Source: an uncultured Myxococcales bacterium (GTDB lineage: Bacteria; Myxococcota_A; Polyangia; Fen-1088). From it: a DNA stretch of 64,000 nucleotides. Positions 38,441 to 48,546 of this stretch are shown piece after piece; within the stretch, counting starts at the first letter, position 1; each line of letters begins with the position of its first letter. The notes beneath the pieces are model-generated. The model saw only the letters and a list, made by a program, of their open reading frames with translations, did no database searches and was not told the origin of the DNA. The DNA is taken from positions 211 through 64,210 of the forward strand of contig CAZIOH010000031.1 in the NCBI GenBank assembly GCA_964540815.1, read 5' to 3'. Both the position numbers and the translations under genes were made by a program.

Positions 38441-40606
38441 ATGACACACCTTCAATTTGCCCAACCCCACTGGCTCTGGATCGGCGCGCTTTGCTGCGCG
38501 GCCAGCGTGGTCTTGCTCGTGCGGGCCGATGGTCTGCGGCGACGCGCCCTCACCGCCCTGGCGGGTGGACGCTTCGTCACCACCCTCAGCCGCGGGCGCC
38601 GGGTCCTGAAGCAGGCGCTGGTCCTGACGGGGGTCGCGGCCACCTTCGTGGCGCTGGCGCGGCCCCTCGGCGGCTTCCGCTGGGAGGAGGAACGCCGTGA
38701 CGGCATCGATCTGATGTTCGCCGTCGACACGTCGAAGAGCATGCTCGCCACCGACCTGCGTCCCGATCGCCTGACGCGGGCCAAGCTGGCCGTGACCGAT
38801 CTGCTGCGCAAGTTCCCCGGTGAGCGCGTCGGCCTGATCGCCTTCGCGGGCGAGGCCTTCGTCCAGGCGCCGATGACCATCGATCAGGCCGTCTTCGGCG
38901 AGGCGCTGGATGCGCTCGACACCAGCGTGATCCCCCGTGGCGGGACCGACATCGCGTCGCCCATTCGCGCTGCGGTGGAGGCGATGGCCACCGAGCCCGA
39001 CCGCCGAAAGCTGCTGGTCATCCTCAGCGACGGCGAGGACCTGCAGGGTGAGGCGCTGGCGGCCGCCAAGGAGGCAGCCCACGCGGGCTTGGTGATCTAC
39101 ACCGTGGGGGTCGGAACGAAATCAGGGGATCTGATTCCGATCGAGCACGACGGCCGCCGGGAGCTGCTGCGGGACGCCGAAGGGCAGTTCGTCACCTCCC
39201 ACCTCGACGAGCAGACGTTGCGACGGCTGGCCGAGATCACGGGCGGCGCCTACGCCCCCCTGGGCGCTGCGGGACAGGGGCTGGAGACGCTCTATGGCCA
39301 GCACCTGGCCCAGCTCCCTCGGCGGACCGTCGAGGAACGCCTGCACAGGGTTTACACCGAGCGCTTTCAGATCCCGCTCGGGATCGCCATCGGATGTCTG
39401 GTGCTGGAGCTGGCCCTGCAAGAGCGCCGGCGGCGTGGCCAGGCGGCAGGCCGTCGTGTCCGGAGCAGTGCAGCCGAGCGCCCGGTGGGGGTCGAGGCCC
39501 GGTTGGCTCGGTCGGCTCGCCCGGTCGGCTCGGTCGGACCGGTCGGAAAGACGGTGGCGGCGGCGATCGTGGTGATGATGGCGGCGGCTTCGCATGCTGC
39601 GGCGGCCGCGACCGCGACGCCGTCCGCGACTGCGACCGCGCCCGCACTGCCTCCGGTCGCAGCAGCGACCGCCGTCTCGACCTACAACGACGGCACGGCC
39701 GCCTACCGCAAGAAGGACTTCGCGGCCGCCCGCGATCGATTCCAGAGCGCCACCCACACGACGGATCTCTCGATGCAGGAAGACGCGTACTACGATCTCG
39801 GCAACGCCCGCTACAGGTTGGGGCAGGCGTCCCTTTCCAGGGATCGGGCCGCGACGATCGAGGCCTGGAAGACGGCGGTCGCCTCCTATGACGGGGCGCT
39901 GGCCCTGCAACCTCGGGACGCCGACGCCCGATTCAACCGCGACCTGGTCGCCCGCCGTCTGGCCGCGCTGGAGCAACAGCAACGGCAGGACCAACAGCAG
40001 AGCAAGAACCAGAATCAGAAGAATCAAGAGAATCAGAAGGGTCAGAACGGCCAGAAGGACCAGGAGCAGGGCCAGGGAAAGCAGTCGCAGACATCCCCGG
40101 GTCAGGGCCAACAGGGCCAACAAGGGCAGAATGGGCAGAGCTCGCCGCAGAGCGGCGAAGGACAGCCACAGGAGGCGGCCGGTGAAAAGGGAGGTGGAGC
40201 GACGAAGCAGGAACAAGCTCACGCGCAAGACCACAGCGGCCAGAAGGGCGCAGAGACCGGCGAGCCCCGGAAAGCCCCACCGAGCTCAGGCTCCCCGGAT
40301 CAGACCCGCGCGCAGGGCGACCCAAAGAGCGGGGCGTCCGAGGGCCCGAGGGACCCCGCTCGGCCGCCACAGGCCGACCGGGGGCCGTCCAATCCGCAAG
40401 GTCCCGGGATCGTCTCGGGGCAGCCTGGCCAACCCGAGGGCAAGGAGCGAGTTGCCGGCGCCCGGCGCGACCCGGGCGCGCTGACCCCGACCGAAGCTGC
40501 CCAGTTGCTCGATTCGATGTCGGGCGAACTCCACCGTTTGCCCGTCGCTGACGCCCGTCGACGGCCCCCCAGCAACAACGACGACACTCCACTCAAGGAC
40601 TGGTAA
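38441..40606 (+). CDS. batB: BatB/BatC-like vWA plus TPR protein with a long Gln/Asn/Lys/Gly-rich low-complexity C-terminal tail
   Basis: The MIDAS motif is MFAVDTSKSM...SDGED. A TPR-like stretch is AYRKKDFAAARDRFQSA...YYDLGNARYRLGQ. The tail is QQQRQDQQQSKNQNQKNQENQKGQNGQKDQEQGQGKQSQ... A tandem DNA repeat at 39500-39547 encodes ARSARPVGSVGPVG. Confidence 0.8.
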   Translation: MTHLQFAQPHWLWIGALCCAASVVLLVRADGLRRRALTALAGGRFVTTLSRGRRVLKQALVLTGVAATFVALARPLGGFRWEEERRDGIDLMFAVDTSKSMLATDLRPDRLTRAKLAVTDLLRKFPGERVGLIAFAGEAFVQAPMTIDQAVFGEALDALDTSVIPRGGTDIASPIRAAVEAMATEPDRRKLLVILSDGEDLQGEALAAAKEAAHAGLVIYTVGVGTKSGDLIPIEHDGRRELLRDAEGQFVTSHLDEQTLRRLAEITGGAYAPLGAAGQGLETLYGQHLAQLPRRTVEERLHRVYTERFQIPLGIAIGCLVLELALQERRRRGQAAGRRVRSSAAERPVGVEARLARSARPVGSVGPVGKTVAAAIVVMMAAASHAAAAATATPSATATAPALPPVAAATAVSTYNDGTAAYRKKDFAAARDRFQSATHTTDLSMQEDAYYDLGNARYRLGQASLSRDRAATIEAWKTAVASYDGALALQPRDADARFNRDLVARRLAALEQQQRQDQQQSKNQNQKNQENQKGQNGQKDQEQGQGKQSQTSPGQGQQGQQGQNGQSSPQSGEGQPQEAAGEKGGGATKQEQAHAQDHSGQKGAETGEPRKAPPSSGSPDQTRAQGDPKSGASEGPRDPARPPQADRGPSNPQGPGIVSGQPGQPEGKERVAGARRDPGALTPTEAAQLLDSMSGELHRLPVADARRRPPSNNDDTPLKDW

Positions 40607-40609
40607 CCC

Positions 40610-42256
40610 ATGCCGAACATCCGACGTATCTCGATTGCTCTTGCGAGCGCACTGGTCCTCGCCTCCGGCGCTCGATCCTGGGCCCGTCCCACGAAGTCTG
40701 AAATGTCGGCTGAAAAGTCGGAGGCCTCCGACGGCGCTCCGCGGGAGCCCTCGCGCGCCTTCGTCAAGCTGGACGTCCGGGCCGATCCGGGCGGGCGTGG
40801 TCTCTACGTCGGCCAGGCGGTGCCGGTGACCATTCGTGCCAATTTTCTGGGCGGCATGGGGGTGTCGCTGAACGGGCTCCCCAGGCTCACCTCCGACGCC
40901 TTCGTGCTCTCCGATCTGCCCGAGAAGCCGCGCCAGACCACGATCGAGGCGCACGGGCTTCCCTACACGTCCGTGACATGGACGGGCGTCCTAACGGCGG
41001 TCAAGGCGGGCGTGACAAAGGTCGGGATCGAGCTGCCGGTTTCGCTGACCTACCGCGAAGCGCCTCAGCCGCGCCCTCTGAGCAGTCCCGACCAGGCGGA
41101 GGCCGACGAGGGGGACGAGAGCGCCGCGGACCCGTTCGCGTCGCTCTTCAAGCAGAGTCCCTTCGCGGGCGATCCGTTCTTCGCTCGGATGTTCAACGGT
41201 CGCGATCCCTTTCGCGGGCTGCTCGAAGGCTCAGTCGGAGCCGTTCGACAGCGTGACATCACGCTGCGGGACCAGAGCGGGACGTTGCGCGTCCTGGACC
41301 TGCCTCCGGGAGCGCCGCCAGGCTTCACCGGTGCAGTCGGGTCCTTCGAGATGACCGCAGCCCTGGCCAGCGACACCTTCCGCGCCGGCGAGCCCACCAC
41401 ACTCGCGCTGAGCGTGCGCGGGCGCGGGAGCTTCTCTCGACTGTCGATGGCCGGCCTGCCGACGAGCGACGATTTCGGCACCTACGGCGTGACGTCGGCG
41501 TTCACGCCAGGAGCCACGCCGACGGGGGGCGAGAAGGTGTTCTCGCAGACCATCGCGCCACGGCGCGCGGGAGCCATCACTGTTCCCGCATTGACGCTGA
41601 CGTATCTCGACCCCGACGAGAGGAGGTACGTCACCCGCCAGACCGCGCCCATGCACATCACCGTCGCCGCAAGCGGGGGAGACGGCGCCGCGGCGCTGCC
41701 CGCGGCCACGGCAACGGCAACGGCAACGCCGGCAGAGCTCGCCGCTCGGCAGCTGAAGCCGGCCGAGAGCGCGACGATCGCCTCGGCGCCTGCCGCCGGC
41801 CGCGCCGCGCTCACGCCAGACTTTCGCACCCGATGGTTCCGGTGGCTGGCGGCGGCAATCGGGCTTGCCGCGGTTGCGCTCGCGTCGCTCGGCCGGACCT
41901 ATCGCAACGGGATCCTCCGCCGATTGGTGACGGCCCGGCGCGTCCGCCGCGAGGTCGCCCAGCAACGCCGGACCATCGAAGCCGCCGCGGCCAGCGGTGA
42001 CGCCGCCACCCTGTTCGGCGCCGCGCGCAAGGCTTTTCAAGCGCGACTGGGCGCCGCGTGGGGAGTCCCCGCCGATGCGATCGCCGCCGCAGACGTGGCG
42101 ACACGGTTGGGACCGCCCGGCGAGCGGATCCAGCGGGTCTTCGAGCGCGCCGATCGACTGACCTACTCAGGCGGAAGCTCGGCTGCCAGCGAGGATCTGA
42201 GCTACTGGCAGGGACTGGTATCCGACGAGCTTCGCGCTCTGGAGACGACGACATGA
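40610..42256 (+). CDS. batD: BatD-like oxygen-tolerance protein
   Basis: An N-terminal signal is followed by BatD-like repeats and a C-terminal TM segment (FRWLAAAIGLAAVALASL). The position in the operon fits. Confidence 0.75.
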   Translation: MPNIRRISIALASALVLASGARSWARPTKSEMSAEKSEASDGAPREPSRAFVKLDVRADPGGRGLYVGQAVPVTIRANFLGGMGVSLNGLPRLTSDAFVLSDLPEKPRQTTIEAHGLPYTSVTWTGVLTAVKAGVTKVGIELPVSLTYREAPQPRPLSSPDQAEADEGDESAADPFASLFKQSPFAGDPFFARMFNGRDPFRGLLEGSVGAVRQRDITLRDQSGTLRVLDLPPGAPPGFTGAVGSFEMTAALASDTFRAGEPTTLALSVRGRGSFSRLSMAGLPTSDDFGTYGVTSAFTPGATPTGGEKVFSQTIAPRRAGAITVPALTLTYLDPDERRYVTRQTAPMHITVAASGGDGAAALPAATATATATPAELAARQLKPAESATIASAPAAGRAALTPDFRTRWFRWLAAAIGLAAVALASLGRTYRNGILRRLVTARRVRREVAQQRRTIEAAAASGDAATLFGAARKAFQARLGAAWGVPADAIAAADVATRLGPPGERIQRVFERADRLTYSGGSSAASEDLSYWQGLVSDELRALETTT

Positions 42257-43080
42257 ACACGACCTCGCAGACACTCACATCGAATACAGCCCTCGGGACC
42301 GGCGAGCTCCGCCGGCCGCCAGATCGTCATCGACCTTGGGGCGGCTTCGGCCGCTTCGGCCGCAGCTCGCTCGTCCTCGTCGCGCTGGTGCTGCCGATCG
42401 GCGGCCAGCTCGCTCGCGCCGGCGAGGCCGGACCACCCGCGGCAGCGCCGACCGCGGTCGAGGGGACCACCGCCTCGACCGCCACGGCCGAGATCTTCTC
42501 GGCCAGAGCGTTGGTTGCGAAGGCCACGGCCGATCTGGCCGCCGGCCATCCAGGGCTCGCCATCCTCGGATATGAGCGCGCCCGGCTGCTGGCACCGCGC
42601 GCGACGGCCGTCACGGCGGGACTGGCTCGAGCCCAGGCGATCGCCGGGCTTCCGCCGACCGAGACATCCCCGGTGATCCGTCTGGCGATGTGGCTCGATG
42701 GCAACGAGTGGGGCTGGATCGGGATGGCCGGGCTCATCCTCGGCGCCGCGGGCCTGGTTGTGCTCTCGTGGAGTCGGATCCGGCGGCGCGCCTCCCTGGC
42801 CCTGGCCTGCGCGGGCGCAGGTGTCGCGGCCGTCGGCTTCCTGGCCGCGGTGGCGGTGACGCCGCCGCCCAGCCGGGCGGTCGTCGTGGTGCCCGACAGC
42901 GTTGCCCGGATCGCCCCGTTCGCCGGGGCCGAACCGGCCTTCGTGGCCCCCGAAGGCGCGGTCGTGACGGTCGAGCGAACCTTCGATCACTACAGCCTCA
43001 TCGTCAGCCCCCATGGGCGTGGGTGGGTACCGGAGGCAGGCGTCGAGACCATTCTGCCTGCCACCCGCAAGCGCTCTTGA
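42253..43080 (+). CDS. BatE-like protein with TM segments and a C-terminal SH3b-like domain
   Basis: The ATG at 42253 overlaps the batD stop (ATGA). The C-terminus AVVVVPDSVARIAPFAGAEPAFVAPEGAVVTVERTFDHYSLIVSPHGRGWVP is SH3-like. Confidence 0.6.
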   Translation: MNTTSQTLTSNTALGTGELRRPPDRHRPWGGFGRFGRSSLVLVALVLPIGGQLARAGEAGPPAAAPTAVEGTTASTATAEIFSARALVAKATADLAAGHPGLAILGYERARLLAPRATAVTAGLARAQAIAGLPPTETSPVIRLAMWLDGNEWGWIGMAGLILGAAGLVVLSWSRIRRRASLALACAGAGVAAVGFLAAVAVTPPPSRAVVVVPDSVARIAPFAGAEPAFVAPEGAVVTVERTFDHYSLIVSPHGRGWVPEAGVETILPATRKRS

Positions 43081-43110
43081 ATCAGGACCGCACCCCTGCT
43101 GTGATGTCGC

Positions 43111-43785
43111 ATGCGGTTGCTGCTGGTCGAGGATGATCAAAAGATCGGCGCGTTCGTCGAGAAGGGGCTCCGGCAGGAGGGTCACGCGGTCGACTGGGTC
43201 CGCGACGGCAGAGAGGGCGTCGCGGCCTTCGAAGGCACCGCCTATGATGTCGCGATCGTGGACATCATGCTTCCAGGCCTGGGCGGCCTAGAACTGATCC
43301 GCGCCGTCCGCCGGAAGCGAATCGCGACGCCCATCATCATCCTGTCGGCGCGCGACGCCGTGGTTGACCGGGTGGAGGGGCTCGAAGCCGGCGCCGACGA
43401 CTACTTGACCAAGCCCTTCTCGTTCGCCGAGCTGGTGGCCCGCCTGAACGCGCTGGCCCGCCGGGCCACGGCCGCCACCGGAGAGACCCGGCTGTCGTAC
43501 GCTGGCATCGTCCTGGATCTCCTCACGCGCCAGGTCACCCGCGACGGCATCTCCCTGTCGCTGCAGGCCAAGGAGCTGGCGCTCCTCGAGTACTTCCTGC
43601 GGAATCCGGAGCGTGTGCTCAGCAAGACCATGATTCTGCAGCGGCTGTGGGACTATTCGTTCGATCCACAGACCAACGTGGTCGACGTGCTGGTCTGCCG
43701 GCTCCGAAACAAGATCGATCGCGGCTTTCCCGCGAAGGTCATACAGACCCGGCGGGGAGTCGGGTATGTCCTCCGGAGGAGCTGA
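43111..43785 (+). CDS. OmpR-family response regulator of the heavy-metal (CusR/CopR) subfamily
   Basis: MRLLLVEDDQKIGAFVEKGL...DVAIVDIMLPGLGGLELIRAVR...GADDYLTKPFSFAELVARL matches CusR closely. A winged-helix C-terminus follows. Confidence 0.9.
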   Translation: MRLLLVEDDQKIGAFVEKGLRQEGHAVDWVRDGREGVAAFEGTAYDVAIVDIMLPGLGGLELIRAVRRKRIATPIIILSARDAVVDRVEGLEAGADDYLTKPFSFAELVARLNALARRATAATGETRLSYAGIVLDLLTRQVTRDGISLSLQAKELALLEYFLRNPERVLSKTMILQRLWDYSFDPQTNVVDVLVCRLRNKIDRGFPAKVIQTRRGVGYVLRRS

Positions 43786-45142
43786 CTTGCCGCAGCCACC
43801 CCCACCTGCGAAGTCATCGCGGTCACCCTTCCGCTCGATCACCTTCCGCCTCAGCGCCTGGTACGCCGGAACTCTCCTGGTCGGCCTGGCCATCCTGGGC
43901 ACGTTGGCGCTCTACGAGATCCGCCGCGCGGTGTTTCACTCGAATGACCTGGTCGTTCATGAACGGCTGGAGCGCCACAGCGAGGTGCTCGGCCGGGTCG
44001 GGCTGCCCAAGTTCGAAGAGGCAGTCGAGAGCGCGATCGCGCTCGAAGGTGAGCACGACCCGGTGCGCGTCAAGGACGGAGCGGGCCACACGCTCTACCA
44101 GCACGGCGTCGTGGAGGATGCAGCGGTCCGGGTGTCGACTTCGGTGACCAGTGACATGCATCTCGAGGTGGCCTCGACCGCGAACCCCTGGACGCGGATC
44201 GGCCCGCCGGTGACGTTCGCGGTCCTGTCGGTCTTGATCGGGTGCCTGCTGATCGGGCTCGCGGGTGGGGTCATCCTGACCCGCCGTGCGCTGCGCCCCG
44301 TGGGGGCCCTGGCTTCGACGGCGCGCGCAGTGATCCAGTCGGGCGACCTCTCCCGGCGGGTGGAGGTCCGCCGCGGTGGCGAGCTCGGGGAGCTGGCCAC
44401 CCTGGTTAATCGCATGCTGGAGAGCAACCAGGCGCTGGTCCGCAGCATGCGCGAGGCGCTCGACAATGTGGCGCACGATCTGCGAACGCCGCTGACCAGG
44501 CTGCGAGGGATCGCCGAGGTCGCCCTCGGCGCCGACGATCCTGTCCAGTCATCGGAGGCGCTCGCGGACTGCATCGAGGAATCGGACCGGGCGCTCGTCA
44601 TGCTGCGCACGCTGATGGACATCTCCGAGGCCGAGGCCGGCATCATGAAGTTGAACATCGGGGCGGTCGAGCTGCGGGCGGTCGCGCAAGAAACCCTGGA
44701 TCTCTATGAACAGGTGGCCGACGACGCCGGCGTGGCCCTGTCGTTGTTGCCGGGGGACCTGGTGAGGACCGCGGCCGATGGCACCCGGATACGCCAGGCC
44801 CTGGCAAACCTGGTCGACAACGCCGTCAAGTACACCCCGGCCGGCGGCCGCGTGGAGATCGACGTCGCCGCCGATGCTCGAGAGGCCCACATCCGTGTCA
44901 GCGACACCGGCCGTGGGATCCCCGAAGAGGCCATCTCGCGAATCTGGGATCGGTTGTTTCGCGTGGATTCGAGCCGGGCCGAGCGGGGCCTCGGGCTCGG
45001 CCTCAGCCTGGTCAAGGCGATCGCCGTTGCCCACCACGGGCGTGTCGGCGTCGAGAGCGCGCCCGGACGTGGCTCGTCGTTCGTCCTGACTCTGCCCCTC
45101 GAAAATCCTGCCCACCCTCCGGCAGACCCGCGCCGGTCGTGA
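43766..45142 (+). CDS. heavy-metal-sensor-type histidine kinase (CusS/CopS-like: 2 TM, HAMP, HisKA, HATPase_c)
   Basis: The H-box is NVAHDLRTPLTRLRG. The N, G1 and G2 boxes are LANLVDNAVKYTP...DTGRGIP...GLGLSLVKAIA. It overlaps the RR gene by 20 bp. Confidence 0.85.
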   Translation: MSSGGADLPQPPPPAKSSRSPFRSITFRLSAWYAGTLLVGLAILGTLALYEIRRAVFHSNDLVVHERLERHSEVLGRVGLPKFEEAVESAIALEGEHDPVRVKDGAGHTLYQHGVVEDAAVRVSTSVTSDMHLEVASTANPWTRIGPPVTFAVLSVLIGCLLIGLAGGVILTRRALRPVGALASTARAVIQSGDLSRRVEVRRGGELGELATLVNRMLESNQALVRSMREALDNVAHDLRTPLTRLRGIAEVALGADDPVQSSEALADCIEESDRALVMLRTLMDISEAEAGIMKLNIGAVELRAVAQETLDLYEQVADDAGVALSLLPGDLVRTAADGTRIRQALANLVDNAVKYTPAGGRVEIDVAADAREAHIRVSDTGRGIPEEAISRIWDRLFRVDSSRAERGLGLGLSLVKAIAVAHHGRVGVESAPGRGSSFVLTLPLENPAHPPADPRRS

Positions 45143-45212
45143 TGCGCGTCGACATCGCCGGGGAGGCATCGAAGGGTGGCGGAAAATCATTCGGCCAACG
45201 GGGCTCAGGCTT

Positions 45213-45686
45213 GTGGTTGGCTACAAACAGGCAAAGGCGATCTTCGAGGTTCTCGTTGGCGTCCTTCTCTTGTCTCTCACTGCCGTTGGTCTCGCCGATC
45301 ACCTGCGAGAGGTCGCGGTGCATATTCGACACCACGCGGTCGAGGCCTGGAGCATCGCGTTCGCCGAGCGCCTGGTGCGCGCGTCCACCAAGCGGAACCT
45401 CCTGGTCATCGGCGTGGCCTCCCTCCTCGATGGGGCGCTCTCAGCATCCGAAGGATGGGCGCTCTGCTATCGGTACCGGTGGAGCCGCTGGTTCGTGGTC
45501 GGCACCTCATCCATTCTGGTCCCTTTCGAGGTCCTTGCCCTGGCCCATCGTTTCAGCGTCCCTCGCCTCGGTCTCCTTGGCGCGAACGTTTCAATCGTCA
45601 TCTATCTCGTCTGGCGGGGAGTGGCGACCGCGTCCCCCTCCTCGCTGGAAGGAATTTCCGTGGCGCCCCCCTCGAAGTCGGGGTGA
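45213..45686 (+). CDS. small 4-TM membrane protein (DUF2127-like?)
   Basis: Four hydrophobic helices are present. GC3 is only moderate (about 65%) and no motif confirms a family. The overlapping 241-aa ORF 45176..45901 looks like noise. Confidence 0.4.
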   Translation: MVGYKQAKAIFEVLVGVLLLSLTAVGLADHLREVAVHIRHHAVEAWSIAFAERLVRASTKRNLLVIGVASLLDGALSASEGWALCYRYRWSRWFVVGTSSILVPFEVLALAHRFSVPRLGLLGANVSIVIYLVWRGVATASPSSLEGISVAPPSKSG

Positions 45687-45708
45687 GGCAGCAGTGCAGC
45701 CGCTCGGG

Positions 45709-46140
45709 TCAGAGAACGCCCACGGCGGCCGGGGTGGCCACATCGCTGACCGCAAATGGCAACCCCTTGTCGAGGGCACGCACGACGTCCATGGTGCTGA
45801 CGATCCCGACCAGCTTGCTCTCAGAATTCAAGACCACCAAGCGGTGTTGGTTCCTCCTGGCGAGCTCGTGCACCGCCACCAGGGCTGCGTCATCCTCGTA
45901 GACCGCGATGACCTCCGGGTCCATGAGGTCGCCGACGGTCGCCTCCTTCTTGATCCACTGATGCGGCTCCGGATCCACCAGGTCCCCCTCGGTCAAGATC
46001 CCGACCAGCTCGCCCTCTCGGTTCTTCACCGGAGCCGCCCCGATCTGGCGGCGAGTCAGGCCCGAGGCCGCCTCTTCGGCCGAAGCGTCGAACTCCAGCG
46101 TGTAGACGTTCGTCGTCATGATGTCCTTCACCTTCAACAT
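45709..46140 (-). CDS. CBS domain pair protein
   Basis: The translation opens MLKVKDIMTTNVYTLEFDASAEEA. The second CBS module is DLMDPEVIAVYEDDAALVAVHELARRNQHRLVVL...VGIVSTMDVVRAL. The track start at 46167 adds 9 aa. Confidence 0.75.
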   Translation of the reverse strand: MLKVKDIMTTNVYTLEFDASAEEAASGLTRRQIGAAPVKNREGELVGILTEGDLVDPEPHQWIKKEATVGDLMDPEVIAVYEDDAALVAVHELARRNQHRLVVLNSESKLVGIVSTMDVVRALDKGLPFAVSDVATPAAVGVL

Positions 46141-46266
46141 CGAGCAACTCCCCTTTCGCATCCGCATCGCCGCATCGCCGCATCGCCGTCCACCTCACGG
46201 GATCTTGGGCCCATCTTGGGCGGATGGCAAACCAGCGGCTGCGTCGATCCATCCCGGAACGTCCTT

Positions 46267-48546
46267 TCACCGATCTCCGCCTCCTGCGGCCGCGGGTCCG
46301 AGTCCCACGCCCCGCTGGCCATGCGCCGATACTTTGCCAAGATCCCCGGCGCTCGGCACGCTCGAGAGCCTGATGTAATCGGCCAGGATCTGGCCGCTCT
46401 CCTCCAAGATGATATCCGGGATCGAGCGGTCCTTCGGCTCGATGCCATCAGGCCCGGCGCCGAGGGTCTTTGGCCCCTTGGCGGAGGCAATAGGCAACGG
46501 CAGGCCGGGCGACGAGGCGTTCTTGAGCGTGATCTCGAAGGTGGTGGGCCTGCTCGCCCGCAGCGCGCGCTCGTCACTGGCGAGCTCGGCTTCACGAAGC
46601 TTCGACTGAGCCATCTCCTGTCGGCGCTCTGCCTCGTTCAGCGACACGGACTTGGTGACCAGGTTCCTCTTGACCTTGGCGATCTCGTCTGCCAGCAGGA
46701 CAAATGGCCTTTCGGTCGCCCTCCGTCGGTCGGAGCTCTCCTGCAACGCGGCGACATACGGCTTCACGCGATTCAGTCGCTCGTAGGGCGCGGCCGGCAC
46801 CGCGTCCCACGGCAAGGGATCCTTGAGGGACGCCTCGCTCACATCGGCGAAGTCGCTGGTCGACGGCAACACCACGTCGGCCGCCACGCCGCGCAGCTGG
46901 GTGGAGGCGCCGCTTGGCCGGTAGAATTTGCTGGTGGTGATCTTGAGCGCGCCTGGATCGTATGTGTGTCCGAGGCCCACCCGATCCATGTAGGGCGCGA
47001 GGGGGAGAATGTTCTGCACCGTGCCCTTGCCGAAGGTCGAGGAATCGCCGACGACGACAGCTCGTCCGTAGTCCTGGAGCGCTCCTGCCAGGATCTCCGA
47101 TGCAGAAGCGCTGAAGCGGCTGATCAACAGGACCAGCGGCCCGTCATAGAGCACGGTCGGATCCGTATCCTCGTCGATCACGATCTGGCCGTCCGCTCCG
47201 CGCGTCTGCACCACCGGTCCCCTTCGAATGAACAGCCCGGTCAGGTTGATCGCCTCCTCGAGCGACCCGCCGCCATTGTGGCGCAGATCGAGGACGACGC
47301 CCCGGACGTGCTCCGCCTTCAGCTTGCCCAGCAGCCGGGAGACGTCGGCGGTCGCGCTGCGCCGCCGAGGCCCGCCCATGTCGGCGTAGAACGAGGGGAG
47401 GTCGAGGACGCCGACCCGCATCGTCGTGCCCTTGCCGGTCGGCAGATCCAGGATGCGGGCCTTGGCCTGCTGATCTTCCAGGGTGATCTCGTCGCGCACC
47501 AACGACACGGTCCTGGTCGGAGCTCCGGCAACGCCGCCGGCTGGCGCCACGGTCAAGCTCACGGTGGAACCCTTCGGGCCGCGTATGAGCTCCACGGCGC
47601 GTGAAAGCGGCATACCAGCGATGTCTACTGGCTCGTGACCGGCCTGGGCGACCGCCACGATGCGGTCGTTGGGTCTGAGCAGCCCGCTTCGAGCCGCGGG
47701 TCCGCCCGGCAGGAGCTCGCGGACCTTGCAGGAGCCGTCTTCGCTCTCGAGGGACGCGCCGATTCCGAACAGCGAGAGGTTCATCGCGATGGAGAAGCTC
47801 TCCATCTGCTCGTGCCCCAGATAATCCGAGTGGGGATCGTAGACGTGGGCAAGCGTGTCCAGGTAGATCTCGAGGACCTCGCCGCTGCGAAGACCGGTCA
47901 TGGTCCTCAGCTCCTCCGCGTGCCTGCCAACCAGGGTGCTCACGATCCGGTCCGTTGGCTTGTCGCTCAGCTTCTCTTGCAGATACTCTGCGCGCAGCTG
48001 CTGCCACCAGAGCTCCCGAGCCTCGACCGCGGTGGCTGGCCGCCGCGCGTGCTCGCGATCGAACGAGTAGCTTTCGTGCCCCGTGAAGTCGAACTTCGCG
48101 GTCCGCAACATGTTGGTGTCGTAGGCCGTCCGCTGAGACAGTCGTCCGAGGAATCGGGCGAAGATGGCCTTCGCGGCGCTGGTGTCGCCCGCGCCGCGCG
48201 TCACCTGCGCCAGCGTCGCCCGGTAGGTCGCGAATTCGTCGACGTCCGACTGCAGAAAGAGGGAGCGCGTGCCATCCAGAGCGTCGAGGTAGCGGTCCAG
48301 CACGTTTCCGGCCAGCTGTCCATCGAATGGATGGTGCGCGAGCTGGGAGTGTTCGAGCAGGCCGGTGGTGAGGCGGGTGATGTTGGCGTCGGTGGTTCGA
48401 GAGTCGAGCGGGGGACCCGCAAGCGAAGCACCAAGACCGACACACGTGAGCGCAACCGCAAGCGAGAGGATCGCCAGCGGAGAAGCGATTCGGATTGCCT
48501 GCTTGACGGGGTGACGACCAGAGAAACGACAGATGCTTTTGGCCAC
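46267..48546 (-). CDS. ctp: S41-family C-terminal processing (tail-specific) protease with PDZ domain and C-terminal extension
   Basis: The PDZ region contains LLPGGPAARSGLLRPNDRIVAV. The S41 catalytic region is GPLVLLISRFSASASEILAGALQDYGRAVVVGDSSTFGKGTVQ. The signal-peptide N-terminus is MAKSICRFSGRHPVKQAIRIASPLAILSLAVAL. Confidence 0.9.
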   Translation of the reverse strand: MAKSICRFSGRHPVKQAIRIASPLAILSLAVALTCVGLGASLAGPPLDSRTTDANITRLTTGLLEHSQLAHHPFDGQLAGNVLDRYLDALDGTRSLFLQSDVDEFATYRATLAQVTRGAGDTSAAKAIFARFLGRLSQRTAYDTNMLRTAKFDFTGHESYSFDREHARRPATAVEARELWWQQLRAEYLQEKLSDKPTDRIVSTLVGRHAEELRTMTGLRSGEVLEIYLDTLAHVYDPHSDYLGHEQMESFSIAMNLSLFGIGASLESEDGSCKVRELLPGGPAARSGLLRPNDRIVAVAQAGHEPVDIAGMPLSRAVELIRGPKGSTVSLTVAPAGGVAGAPTRTVSLVRDEITLEDQQAKARILDLPTGKGTTMRVGVLDLPSFYADMGGPRRRSATADVSRLLGKLKAEHVRGVVLDLRHNGGGSLEEAINLTGLFIRRGPVVQTRGADGQIVIDEDTDPTVLYDGPLVLLISRFSASASEILAGALQDYGRAVVVGDSSTFGKGTVQNILPLAPYMDRVGLGHTYDPGALKITTSKFYRPSGASTQLRGVAADVVLPSTSDFADVSEASLKDPLPWDAVPAAPYERLNRVKPYVAALQESSDRRRATERPFVLLADEIAKVKRNLVTKSVSLNEAERRQEMAQSKLREAELASDERALRASRPTTFEITLKNASSPGLPLPIASAKGPKTLGAGPDGIEPKDRSIPDIILEESGQILADYIRLSSVPSAGDLGKVSAHGQRGVGLGPAAAGGGDR

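Noticed and set aside
45139-47604. 821-aa plus-strand ORF
   Set aside because: It is antisense to the S41 protease gene ctp, which has clear PDZ and S41 catalytic motifs on the minus strand.
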